Positions 47,476-57,211 of a DNA stretch of 64,000 nucleotides are shown here, one piece after another. The stretch comes from a virus: IMG/VR virus record IMGVR_UViG_3300022752_004319, positions 32,001-96,000 of that record. One strand, written 5' to 3'. The first letter of the stretch is position 1. Every line of letters begins with the position of its first letter. A model generated the notes under the pieces. The model did no database searches, was not told the origin of the DNA, and was given only the letters and a program-made list of their open reading frames with translations. Made by a program: the position numbers and the translations under genes.

Positions 47476-50400
47476 ATGGCAACTACCAATAAAATATTTG
47501 TTTCCCCTGGTGTTTATACATCCGAGAGGGATTTGAGTTTTGTAGCACAGAGTGTTGGTGTTACAACTTTGGGTTTGGTTGGTGAAACTCTTACGGGCCC
47601 AGCCTTCGAACCTATTTTCATAACTTCTTATGATGAATTTGAAGCATTTTTCGGAGGTACACTCCCTGAAAAATTTGTAAATACACAGATACCAAAATAT
47701 GAATTAGCTTATATTGCTAAATCATATTTACAACAATCAAATCAATTGTTTGTAACTCGTGTATTGGGACTTTCAGGGTACGATGCTGGACCAAGTTGGT
47801 CGTTATTAACTGTGGCTAATGTTGACGGGACTACTGTGGATTTTGCAAGAACAAACAATATCATTCAAAATCAAACGTGGACTCTTAATTTTGTTGCAAC
47901 ACAAGGCGGAACTGTTTCAATAGCACCTTCTGGGAATAGTTTGGTTAATCAAAATTTAAATAATGTTTTCACTTTATTAAATGGTAATCAATCGTCGATT
48001 TCAGCACAATTGACCAATCAAATTTTAGGTGTGGTAAATTCTTCAGGTGCCACACAAAATAATACTGTGTATTTTTTTGGAACCGTACCCGAGGCTACAT
48101 ATCAAGTTTTAACATCTTACACCGCACAAACAAATGTATTTGGTGTTTCTGGTTTAACTGATTTCAATGCTGATTTCTCATCACCAGATAATGATGCTTG
48201 GTATTACGCAAACTTCAACGAACCAGCAAATGCTCCTTATTCTGGATATTCGTTTTTTTCTGTTGTAACTAGTTTTGTTAATAATGGTTCAGGAACTTAC
48301 ACAGGTACATTATCAGGTGTTACTTTCAATTATAGCGGTAAATCTTTTGCCGATTATGATGAAATTTGTATAGCTACTTTGAGGTCTCGTGGTATTTCCA
48401 CATATGGCTCTGGTCAGGGAGGTCCTCAATATCAAGTAACAGGTTTAACATCAGTTGGATTGAATTTAATTGGTACTTATTCGGCGGCAACACAAAACCC
48501 TTTTGCACGTTTTGCTATAACAGGTGTTACCGACGGCGCTGATACACCTGAAAATTTTTCTTTACTTGTATCTTTTTCTCAAACCGACCAAAATTATTTG
48601 CCGTCTGTTATGGGACGTACAAACTTTGGTAAGAGTAGGTTTGAAATCCCACTTTTTGTTGAGGAGATTTACCCTTCGTTTTTGACCTATGCATACAATA
48701 AAGGTTATATCAGAGGAATAAAACCTCAAATTTTATCAGCTCCAGGGTTACGTTATGGAAACATTCTCCCGACACCTACAACACAAAATAATATATCAGC
48801 ACAATCAATGGCTAATTATTTAGAAAGATATAGATCGGGAGAATCCCCTTGGGTAGTTTCTCAACTTCGTGGTAGTACTGTAGACAGACTTTTCAAGGTT
48901 CTTACGATTTCTGATGGAGATAGTTCGAATGTACAAGTCAAAATTTCAATTCAAAATATATCTTTTGGTAATCTATCATTTGATTTGGGTGTTAGAGATT
49001 TTTACGATACTGACACAAATCCTGTTTATTTAGAAAAGTTTACTAACTGTTCTATGGATCCAAGTTCTAACAGTTACATTGGTGTTAAGATTGGTACATC
49101 AGATGGTGAGTATGCTCTCAATTCAAAATATATTATGCTTGAATTGAACGCTGACGCACCTGTGACTTCACTACCTTGTGGATTTGAAGGATATGAAGCT
49201 CGTAACGTGCCAGGTTTCCAACCAGCTTACCCGATTTACAAATTGAGTTATAACTATCCCGGTGAGGTTATTTACAATCCTCCTTTTGGTTCTATGACAG
49301 GACCAACATCATCTCGTGGAATGTCAAACGCAATTATGAGTCAAGGCGATAAAGTCCGTACAACATTTTTGGGTATTTCAAGTCAAATAGGGTATGACGT
49401 TGATTTTTATCAATATAAAGGAGCTAAAGCACCTCTTGATATTTGTACAAGTGAATTTGCGTTACCTTATGATTATCAAACACAAGGTTTCCATATGGAT
49501 TCAGGAGCGACTGTAGTTCAGATCGTATTTGGACCAACAGCAGGAACTCCCGCCTTTTTATGTGGTAATGCCACGTTCCAATCTGATCCAGATTCACCTT
49601 CTAATCCTTATTATCAAATTCAAGCTCGTAAGTTTACTTTCTTGGTTCAAAAGGGTTATGATGGTTGGGATATCTATCGTGAGTATCGTACAAATGGTGA
49701 TCAATTTGTTTTGGGTGGTTCAGGATATCAGAGAGGTGCATGTGCATCTACAAGATATCCAAACGCAACAGGATGGGGCGCGTTTAAACCAATTAGTATT
49801 TCAAATTTCACGGATTATACTAATACGGATTACTATGCTTACTTACTAGGTATAAGTACTTTTAATAATCCAGAATCAACTAATATCAATGTTTTTGCAA
49901 CCCCGGGTATTGATTACGTTAACAATTCTAATTTAGTGGAAGATGCGATTTCAATGATTACCTATCAAAGAGCGGATTCAATTTATATTGCAACCACCCC
50001 TGATTGCAATGTGTTCTTACCTACCAATATAGATAATTTTATTTATCCAACCGAAGCGGTAGACAATTTGGATGAAGTTGGTATTGATTCAAACTACACA
50101 GCTACTTACTATCCTTGGATCTTGGTAAGAGATACTGTGAATAACACACAGATTTACATTCCCCCAACAAATGAAGTTTGTAGAAACTTGGCTCTAACGG
50201 ATAATATTTCATTCCCTTGGTTTGCTACCGCTGGTTACACTCGTGGTTTGGTCAACGCTATCAAAGCTCGTAAGAAACTTACACAAGAAGATAGAGACAC
50301 TTTGTATCAGGGCCGTATTAATCCTATCGCTACGTTCTCTGATGTTGGAACTGTGATTTGGGGTAACAAAACTCTTCAGATTGCTGATACAGCATTGAAT

Positions 50401-50709
50401 AGAATTAATGTGAGAAGATTGTTACTACAAGCTAGAAAACTTATCTCCGCAGTTGCCGTTAGGTTATTGTTCGAACAAAACGATGCCAAGGTACGTCAGG
50501 ACTTCTTAGACAGCGTCAATCCTATTTTGGATGCCATCAGAAGAGACAGAGGTCTTTATGACTTCAGAGTGACTGTAAGCAGTTCTCCTGAGGATTTAGA
50601 CAGAAACACACTCACAGGTAAAATCTATCTGAAACCTACTAAAGCGTTAGAATTTATCGATATAGAGTTCTTGATTACACCAACTGGAGCATCTTTTGAG
50701 AATATCTAA
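47476..50709 (+). CDS. Contractile tail sheath protein
   Basis: FVSPGVYTSERD, GPAFEP, YYPW, PWFATAGYTRG, LYQGRINPI, WGNKTLQ, RINVRRLL and P.KALEFI motifs. Confidence 0.95.
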   Translation: MATTNKIFVSPGVYTSERDLSFVAQSVGVTTLGLVGETLTGPAFEPIFITSYDEFEAFFGGTLPEKFVNTQIPKYELAYIAKSYLQQSNQLFVTRVLGLSGYDAGPSWSLLTVANVDGTTVDFARTNNIIQNQTWTLNFVATQGGTVSIAPSGNSLVNQNLNNVFTLLNGNQSSISAQLTNQILGVVNSSGATQNNTVYFFGTVPEATYQVLTSYTAQTNVFGVSGLTDFNADFSSPDNDAWYYANFNEPANAPYSGYSFFSVVTSFVNNGSGTYTGTLSGVTFNYSGKSFADYDEICIATLRSRGISTYGSGQGGPQYQVTGLTSVGLNLIGTYSAATQNPFARFAITGVTDGADTPENFSLLVSFSQTDQNYLPSVMGRTNFGKSRFEIPLFVEEIYPSFLTYAYNKGYIRGIKPQILSAPGLRYGNILPTPTTQNNISAQSMANYLERYRSGESPWVVSQLRGSTVDRLFKVLTISDGDSSNVQVKISIQNISFGNLSFDLGVRDFYDTDTNPVYLEKFTNCSMDPSSNSYIGVKIGTSDGEYALNSKYIMLELNADAPVTSLPCGFEGYEARNVPGFQPAYPIYKLSYNYPGEVIYNPPFGSMTGPTSSRGMSNAIMSQGDKVRTTFLGISSQIGYDVDFYQYKGAKAPLDICTSEFALPYDYQTQGFHMDSGATVVQIVFGPTAGTPAFLCGNATFQSDPDSPSNPYYQIQARKFTFLVQKGYDGWDIYREYRTNGDQFVLGGSGYQRGACASTRYPNATGWGAFKPISISNFTDYTNTDYYAYLLGISTFNNPESTNINVFATPGIDYVNNSNLVEDAISMITYQRADSIYIATTPDCNVFLPTNIDNFIYPTEAVDNLDEVGIDSNYTATYYPWILVRDTVNNTQIYIPPTNEVCRNLALTDNISFPWFATAGYTRGLVNAIKARKKLTQEDRDTLYQGRINPIATFSDVGTVIWGNKTLQIADTALNRINVRRLLLQARKLISAVAVRLLFEQNDAKVRQDFLDSVNPILDAIRRDRGLYDFRVTVSSSPEDLDRNTLTGKIYLKPTKALEFIDIEFLITPTGASFENI

Positions 50710-50728
50710 TAGTTTTTTTTCTCTTTTT

Positions 50729-50761
50729 AAAACCCTCTAATTTTTTTTTAGGGGGTTTTTT
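50729..50761 (+). terminator. Intrinsic terminator hairpin after the sheath gene
   Basis: AAAACCCTCTAA / TTAGGGGGTTTT stem plus a T-run. Confidence 0.7.
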
Positions 50762-50823
50762 CATTATATTTGTTTATATTTATGTGTAGAGAAGTTCTCA
50801 TTAAATTAAACTATATTTTACCA

Positions 50824-52350
50824 ATGAAGATAGAATTGTCATGTAAGAATTGTGATAAATTATTCACTACTGATTTTAAACACAGGGACAAACAATTTTG
50901 TAATAGATCCTGTTATTTTGAATTTGCAAGAAAAAACAACTTATTAGGTAAAGAAAAGGATCAATCTATTAGAGAGACTAGAAAATGTTTACAATGTGGT
51001 GTTGAATTTGTAGAAAGAAAAAAACACAAAAAAAATATTTGTTCCGATGAATGTCGGGGTTTATGGGGTTCAAATAAAGACAATATAAAAAAAAGAATAG
51101 AAAAATCTCAGAAAGTTTTATTGGAGAAGTACGGGTACAATTCAATTTTCAAAATTAATGGTTTCCGAGAGAATATGAAGCAAATTTTCCAGAAAAAGTA
51201 TGGTGCAGATCATCCTATGGGTTGTAAAGTAATTGTGGACAAATTGAAAAATACCGTCAAAGAGAAACACATTATAAATTTATTAACGAGATTAAAAAAA
51301 CATAATATTATCTTGTTAGACGACTATAAAACTAATAAAAACGGCAATACTACCTATCCTTATAATTTTCGATGTGATGTCTGTAACAACGTATTTTCGA
51401 GTACTCTTCTAGGTTCTGGTAAAGTACCTATATGTCGGAAATGTTACCCCATAACTAAAAATTCTAAATTGGAGACTATCATTAAGGATTTTTTGAATGA
51501 GAAAAATGTTAAACATTTAGATAATGATAGGAAATTACTTAGTGGTAAAGAGATTGATATTTTTTTACCTGATTATAATTTGGGTATAGAACTTAATGGG
51601 AATTATTTTCATTCCGAGGTTTCTGGTAACAAAGACAAATATTATCATTTGAATAAAATGATTTTGGCTTCATCAAAAAATTTAAAACTTTTGCATTTTT
51701 TTGAGGATGAAATAATATTAAAAAAAGAAATTGTTTTTTCGCGTTTATCTAATCTTCTAAATCTTAATAGAGTAATTTATGCTAGAAATTGTTTAATAAA
51801 AGAAGTAATCAAGAAAGAGTCTTCAGATTTTTTAAATACAAATCATCTACAAGGAAATTCTGTTGATAAAATTAGATACGGATTATACCATAATGACATA
51901 TTGGTTTCAATTATGACTTTTGGAAAAAAAAGAAAGTCGTTGGGTCACAATCAATCAGGGGTTGATGATTATGAACTTGTTAGGTATTGTAATATTTTGA
52001 ACCACAATATTGTTGGTGGTTTCAGTAAATTATTGAATTTTTTTATTAAAACCCATTCACCGAGAATTATTGAAACGTATGCTGATATCAGATGGTCGGG
52101 ATTAAACCCAATCAATACTGTATATTCAAAAAATGGTTTCGTTTTTAAAAAACAAACACCCCCAAATTATTGGTACATAAAAAACGGCGATTCATTACAC
52201 CGAAGTCATAGATTTACATTCAGAAAAAATGTTTTAGTCCAAGAGGGGCATTCCAAAGAAAAAACTGAATGGGAAATAATGAAAGAGAAGGGGTATGATA
52301 GAATTTGGGATTGTGGTTCTATGAAATTTGAATTGACTCCTATCAAATAA
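50824..52350 (+). CDS. Free-standing putative homing endonuclease (Zn-ribbon CxxC repeats + PD-(D/E)xK/Vsr-like nuclease + C-terminal acyltransferase-like domain)
   Basis: CKNC, FCNRSC, CLQC and CDVC; EIDIFLP...GIELNGNYFHS; ELVRYC..IVGGFSKLL...YADIRW...IWDCG. Confidence 0.7.
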   Translation: MKIELSCKNCDKLFTTDFKHRDKQFCNRSCYFEFARKNNLLGKEKDQSIRETRKCLQCGVEFVERKKHKKNICSDECRGLWGSNKDNIKKRIEKSQKVLLEKYGYNSIFKINGFRENMKQIFQKKYGADHPMGCKVIVDKLKNTVKEKHIINLLTRLKKHNIILLDDYKTNKNGNTTYPYNFRCDVCNNVFSSTLLGSGKVPICRKCYPITKNSKLETIIKDFLNEKNVKHLDNDRKLLSGKEIDIFLPDYNLGIELNGNYFHSEVSGNKDKYYHLNKMILASSKNLKLLHFFEDEIILKKEIVFSRLSNLLNLNRVIYARNCLIKEVIKKESSDFLNTNHLQGNSVDKIRYGLYHNDILVSIMTFGKKRKSLGHNQSGVDDYELVRYCNILNHNIVGGFSKLLNFFIKTHSPRIIETYADIRWSGLNPINTVYSKNGFVFKKQTPPNYWYIKNGDSLHRSHRFTFRKNVLVQEGHSKEKTEWEIMKEKGYDRIWDCGSMKFELTPIK

Positions 52351-52421
52351 TTTTTTTTATTATTTCAAGTATTTATAATTCAGTAAGTCTAAATTGTACA
52401 TTATTGAGATTGTTTTTTTTT

Positions 52422-53243
52422 ATGAGAATAACGAAATATACGTTAAAGGAAGGTTTTGACATTGAAGGTACCCCCGATTTGAAGTATTATGCTTTTGACT
52501 GGGATGATAATATTCTTCAGATGCCAACAAAAATTATGTTGGTTGATGCTGGGGGTAATGAAGTTGGTATGTCAACAGAGGACTTTGCAAAATTCCGATC
52601 TAAAATTGGAAGTGGGGAATTTGAATACGAAGGACATAAAATTGTTGGGTATGCGGAAGATCCTTTTAGATTTTTTAGGACACTAGGTGATAAAAAGTTT
52701 TTGTTCGATGCAATGCAGGCAAAACCTGGACCAGCCTGGTCAGATTTTATTGAAGCCATCAACAACGGATCTATTTTTTCTATCATCACAGCTAGAGGAC
52801 ATAACCCAAGAACAATTAGAGAAGCTATCTACAATATGATCATACAAAATCATATGGGTATCAACAGAGATTTACTTGTTAAAAACCTTAAGAAGTATAG
52901 AAAGATTACCAAGGAAGGTCCAACAAATACAAAAGATCTTGTTAATTACTACTTGGATTTGAACAAATATTATCCTGTTTCCTTTGGAGATGAGGGAAGT
53001 GCTTCAAATCCTGAAGAACTCAAAGTGAAAGCTCTTAGAGAATTCATTAACTATGTTAAACAACATGCAAAGAAGTTAAAAAAGAAACTCTATTTGAAAG
53101 ATGAAATAAGTAATAGATTTATACCTACAATTGGGTTTTCAGATGATGATATAAAGAACTTAGAAAGAATTAAACAAGAATTTATTAAAGAACCTTTATT
53201 AAAAACTTATAACACTTCATCAGGAACTAAAACCAAATTCTAA
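52422..53243 (+). CDS. HAD-superfamily phosphatase-like protein
   Basis: AFDWDDNI (motif I), IITARGH (motif II), a conserved K and GFSDDD (motif IV). Confidence 0.65.
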   Translation: MRITKYTLKEGFDIEGTPDLKYYAFDWDDNILQMPTKIMLVDAGGNEVGMSTEDFAKFRSKIGSGEFEYEGHKIVGYAEDPFRFFRTLGDKKFLFDAMQAKPGPAWSDFIEAINNGSIFSIITARGHNPRTIREAIYNMIIQNHMGINRDLLVKNLKKYRKITKEGPTNTKDLVNYYLDLNKYYPVSFGDEGSASNPEELKVKALREFINYVKQHAKKLKKKLYLKDEISNRFIPTIGFSDDDIKNLERIKQEFIKEPLLKTYNTSSGTKTKF

Positions 53244-53244
53244 A

Positions 53245-53471
53245 AAAAATTTAAATAAGATGTTATTAAGAACTTCTTTAAGAACATATAATGTTTTTTT
53301 AGAAAAAAACCAAATTCATAAAAACAATATCACATTAAAAATAAAAGTAAATAGAAAAATTTTTAAATAAGAAATTTATAAGAACTTCTTTAAGAACTTA
53401 TAACGTTTTTTTAACAAAAAACCAAATTCATATACAGAGTACCAGATTAAAAATAAAAGTAAATAGAAAAA
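53245..53471. repeat. Intergenic imperfect tandem duplication, period 112 bp
   Basis: The blocks TTAAATAAGA, TAAGAACTTCTTTAAGAAC, AAAAAACCAAATTCATA and ATTAAAAATAAAAGTAAATAGAAAAA each occur twice. Confidence 0.9.
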
Positions 53472-53512
53472 AATTCAAAAGCTAATATTTATAAACAAAA
53501 AACAAAAAAGTT

Positions 53513-54001
53513 ATGGCTGATTTACTAATGAAAATGCCCGTTCCGTATGAACCGAAAAGGGTAAACCGATTTATACTTAGATTTGATTCAACGTTGGGTA
53601 TTAACGAATGGTATGTTGAATCTACTGATAGACCTTCAATTGATATTGCATCTGTTGCAATTCCATTTTTGAATACAGAAACGTATGTGGCTGGAAGATT
53701 TAAATGGAATGCTATGAACGTGGTATTCAGAGACCCTATCGGGCCTTCGGCCACACAAGCACTCATGGAGTGGGTTCGTCTTCATGCGGAATCAGTTACT
53801 GGTCGTATGGGGTATGCCGCTGGATATAAAAAGAACGTTGATTTAGAAATGTTAGATCCAACAGGTGTAGTTGTTGAAAAATGGATTTTGGATTCATGTA
53901 TGATAACTAAATCAGCATGGAACCAAGCACAGTATGGTCAAGACGGACTTGCAACACTCTCAGTTACACTCCAACCAGATCGTTGTATATTGGTCTACTA
54001 A
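53513..54001 (+). CDS. Tail tube protein (T4 gp19-like)
   Basis: EPKRVNRF, RP.I, YVAGR..W, DPI, EW, YKK, LDP.G.VVEKW and L..D motifs; downstream of the sheath gene. Confidence 0.85.
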   Translation: MADLLMKMPVPYEPKRVNRFILRFDSTLGINEWYVESTDRPSIDIASVAIPFLNTETYVAGRFKWNAMNVVFRDPIGPSATQALMEWVRLHAESVTGRMGYAAGYKKNVDLEMLDPTGVVVEKWILDSCMITKSAWNQAQYGQDGLATLSVTLQPDRCILVY

Positions 54002-54023
54002 AAATTATTAAACCTTCATTATT

Positions 54024-54057
54024 AAAAAATCCTGTATATTAATATACGGGATTTTTT
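54024..54057 (+). terminator. Intrinsic terminator hairpin after the tube gene
   Basis: AAAAAATCCTGTATATT / AATATACGGGATTTTTT. Confidence 0.8.
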
Positions 54058-54105
54058 GTTTACTTACCAATAATATGAACTATAAATTATAGTATTTAAT
54101 TAATT

Positions 54106-54855
54106 ATGGATGAAAATTTGATGAAATACGGTCAAGAGAATTTTTCTCTACCGCACGATGTTGTAAAGTTACCTAGTGGAGGTAAGTTTTACCCAAATAA
54201 GAAAAAATCAGTGAAAGTAGGTTATTTGACCGCTAATGATGAAAATTTATTGATGGCTTCTAATTCAGATGATCTGATCATTAATCTTTTGAGATCCAAA
54301 GTATACGAACCAGATCTAAGACCAGATGAAATGATTAATGGAGATCTAGAAGCTATTCTTATATTTCTGAGAAACACATCATTTGGACACGAATACAATA
54401 TTAGTGTAAATGATCCAACCACAGGTAAACCTTTCAAAGCTGTGATTGGGTTAGACGAACTCGAGTTTAGAAAACCAAACATAGAGCCAGATGATAACGG
54501 AACTTGGACTGTTACACTACCAAAGTCACAAACATCTGTTACCATACGTCCATTGTTGTATAAAGAAATTACAGAAATTAATCGTCAAGCTGATTCTTAT
54601 CCACAAGGACGAGTTGCTCCAAAAGTCACTTGGAGATTACAAAAACAAATTGTTTCAATCAATGGTGACAGCCAGAATCAAACAATTGCTAAGTTCATAG
54701 ACACACTTCCAATTATGGATTCCAAGTTTATCAGGAATTTCTTGGATGAGAATGAACCAAAGATTGATCTAAAAAGAACAATTACAGCCCCGTCAGGAAG
54801 TAAGGTCGATGTAGAAGTCACCTTTGGGGTGGAATTTTTTCGTGTATTCTTCTGA
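54106..54855 (+). CDS. T4 gp26-like baseplate hub / tail assembly chaperone
   Basis: V.LPS.G..Y, LTA.DE..L, D..AIL.FLR, LP.S, DS..IR and C-terminal FF; located between the tube and tape measure genes. Confidence 0.75.
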   Translation: MDENLMKYGQENFSLPHDVVKLPSGGKFYPNKKKSVKVGYLTANDENLLMASNSDDLIINLLRSKVYEPDLRPDEMINGDLEAILIFLRNTSFGHEYNISVNDPTTGKPFKAVIGLDELEFRKPNIEPDDNGTWTVTLPKSQTSVTIRPLLYKEITEINRQADSYPQGRVAPKVTWRLQKQIVSINGDSQNQTIAKFIDTLPIMDSKFIRNFLDENEPKIDLKRTITAPSGSKVDVEVTFGVEFFRVFF

Positions 54856-54982
54856 TTATAGAGCGTACCAAGTTGACGAGTTCTTTCTTCTGAATCAAAG
54901 ATGTAATGTATCTTATTCAGATTATTTGAAAATGCCAATTTTTTGGAGAAAAAGATTATTGGATAAAATTTCCAATTTGTAA
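54842..54982 (+). CDS. Small gp51/gpT-like chaperone segment (GTG start or frameshift extension)
   Basis: The +1 frame reads VYSSDYRAYQVDEFFLLNQRCNVSYSDYLKMPIFWRKRLLDKISNL. Not in the ORF track. Confidence 0.65.
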   Translation: MYSSDYRAYQVDEFFLLNQRCNVSYSDYLKMPIFWRKRLLDKISNL

Positions 54983-55019
54983 AAACTTTAAATTTTGATA
55001 TTTACTATAAAAAAATATT

Positions 55020-57173
55020 ATGGCGGACGCTGACTTAGGCCCACAATCAATTTCTGATTATTTTAAGAGTGTAAAAGACCAAATAACCAGAGGACTGGAA
55101 GGGTTGGAAGAAGATATAATAAAAGCATCAAGTAACTTAATGCTTGAAGTTGTGTCGTACAATACTCAATTAGCAGGATCCTTTGGTAGAACACAAGCCG
55201 CAGTAATTGGTTTAAGAAAAGAATTTGTAAGTGCCGTACCAGCTATTGTCGCATTAGGCGGCACGTCTCAAGATGTTTTTAACATTATAAAAGAAACATC
55301 AAAAAGTCTTGGAACAAATAGAATATTACTTTCTGAAACAACAACAGACTTATTCACGGCGGGTAAAGCTTTAGGTCTCTCCTCAGAAAGTATGGGGGCT
55401 GTTGTTTTAGATTTTGAGAACGCTGGTATACAAACAGGATTAATCAGAGATAGAATGCAACAAACAGCGAACATAGCTCGAGTTGTTGCGGCAAACTCAA
55501 ATGCCGTGTTTTCACAAGTACAACAAAACTTAGGTGCACTCAACAAGTATGGATTTAAAGATGGGGTTGAAGGATTATCTAGAATGGCAGCAAAAGCAGT
55601 ATCATTAAGAACTAATATGTATGAAATCTTTGATTTTGCTGAAAGAGTATTTTCACCAGAAGGTGCTATAGAGGCTGTAGCTGGATTTCAGAGAATGGGA
55701 GTTGCCGTAGGTGATTTAGCAGATCCTTTTAGATTGTTATATTTGGCACAGGAAGATGTGGAAGGGTTATATGATGGTATTCTCAAAGCGACAGAAAAAT
55801 TTTCATATTTAGACGAGAAAACTGGTGAAGTAAAAATACTATCCAACGCCAAAAGAGATTTAAGAGACATAGCGCAAGTAGCTGGTATTAGCCAAGATAC
55901 TCTTACAAAAAATGTATTAGCGATGGGTAAAATGAACAAATTTGCTTCAGAATTTAAGTTCATGAATGTAACAGAAGAAGACAAATTGATGATTTCAAAT
56001 TTAGCCGAATTTGATAAGACAAGTAAAGAATACAAAGTAAAAGTTGGAACTGAAACAAAACTTATATCTCAACTAAGTAGGGAAGACATTGAATATCTAA
56101 GAGGAAGACCTGAAACTGTTGAAGAAATTGCTCAAGCTCAATTAACAGAAGATGAATTGATCAGAGCAAATACGGATTCAATCGTAAAGATGTTGGGCGG
56201 AATATCAGCGGGATCAAAACCAATGGGTGATATCCAACAACTTATCAGGGCTGGTATTGAAGGTACTAATATTGGTGTTGTAAGGGGTGGTCGAAGACTA
56301 AAACCAGCAATTGAAAGAGTTGACGAAGGATATGCTAAACTACCAAAATTATTCAAAGAAATTGCTGATGATTTTAAAAGTGGAAATGTTGACGTAGAAA
56401 AATGGTGGAAAAAAATAACTACAGCGTCCACAGAGTACGCTGAGGAACTCAAAAAACTAGGAAAAGAAATTCAAGGTTTCGATCTACTAGGTGAAATGAA
56501 AAAAAGAATTAGTAAGGATAATTTATTTGCTCAAGGTGGTGGTGTTTTATTAGACTTCACAAACCAAAGTATAAGTAATCTAAAAACAAATTTTCTCGAT
56601 CCATTAAAAGAAAGTATTTCAGAAACTCAAAAAAATTTAAATAATTTTAACACCACTAATCAGACTGGTAATGGTAATTTAGCAACAAACACAGAACTAG
56701 CAACCAAAAATTTATATGATTTCCAAGCTATTTTAAGTCAAATTAACGATAATTTCAAAAATTTTAAATTTGAAAAAACAGCAAGTCGAGATATACCAAA
56801 CCCTCAAGTAAGTTTAGCACAACTAGCAAACACTATATCACAATTAAATGGAGAAATAAATTTATTAACAACGACACAAAGTAACGAACTTAGACCAATG
56901 GTAAATAATGATCAAAAAATTGAAGTAGCAAGTATTGAACCGCCAGCATCAAAACAATTACCAATACAACAAAATCCTACTATGTCGTTTTCTCCACTTA
57001 ATGGAAAGATAGATGTTAGAGTTACACGCGAAGATGGTGGACCAAGTGTTGATCTGACAAGTCAAGTTGTGGCAAGTGCGGTTTTTCAAAGAGAAGTTTT
57101 AAGACTTATCGATGGAAAAATACAACAACCAAATTATTCAGATATAGCCAATTCAACAAGTACTTCAAGTTAG
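55020..57173 (+). CDS. Putative tape measure protein
   Basis: Helical-looking A/G/L/K-rich protein in the canonical position after the tube and chaperone genes. Confidence 0.65.
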   Translation: MADADLGPQSISDYFKSVKDQITRGLEGLEEDIIKASSNLMLEVVSYNTQLAGSFGRTQAAVIGLRKEFVSAVPAIVALGGTSQDVFNIIKETSKSLGTNRILLSETTTDLFTAGKALGLSSESMGAVVLDFENAGIQTGLIRDRMQQTANIARVVAANSNAVFSQVQQNLGALNKYGFKDGVEGLSRMAAKAVSLRTNMYEIFDFAERVFSPEGAIEAVAGFQRMGVAVGDLADPFRLLYLAQEDVEGLYDGILKATEKFSYLDEKTGEVKILSNAKRDLRDIAQVAGISQDTLTKNVLAMGKMNKFASEFKFMNVTEEDKLMISNLAEFDKTSKEYKVKVGTETKLISQLSREDIEYLRGRPETVEEIAQAQLTEDELIRANTDSIVKMLGGISAGSKPMGDIQQLIRAGIEGTNIGVVRGGRRLKPAIERVDEGYAKLPKLFKEIADDFKSGNVDVEKWWKKITTASTEYAEELKKLGKEIQGFDLLGEMKKRISKDNLFAQGGGVLLDFTNQSISNLKTNFLDPLKESISETQKNLNNFNTTNQTGNGNLATNTELATKNLYDFQAILSQINDNFKNFKFEKTASRDIPNPQVSLAQLANTISQLNGEINLLTTTQSNELRPMVNNDQKIEVASIEPPASKQLPIQQNPTMSFSPLNGKIDVRVTREDGGPSVDLTSQVVASAVFQREVLRLIDGKIQQPNYSDIANSTSTSS

Positions 57174-57211
57174 AAAAAAAACAAGGGTAAGTATTTATTG
57201 GTGTAGATTAT

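Noticed and set aside
53245-53471. Intergenic repeat as a mini-CRISPR or tRNA
   Set aside because: Only two long imperfect copies with homologous intervening sequence; no cloverleaf or T-loop motif
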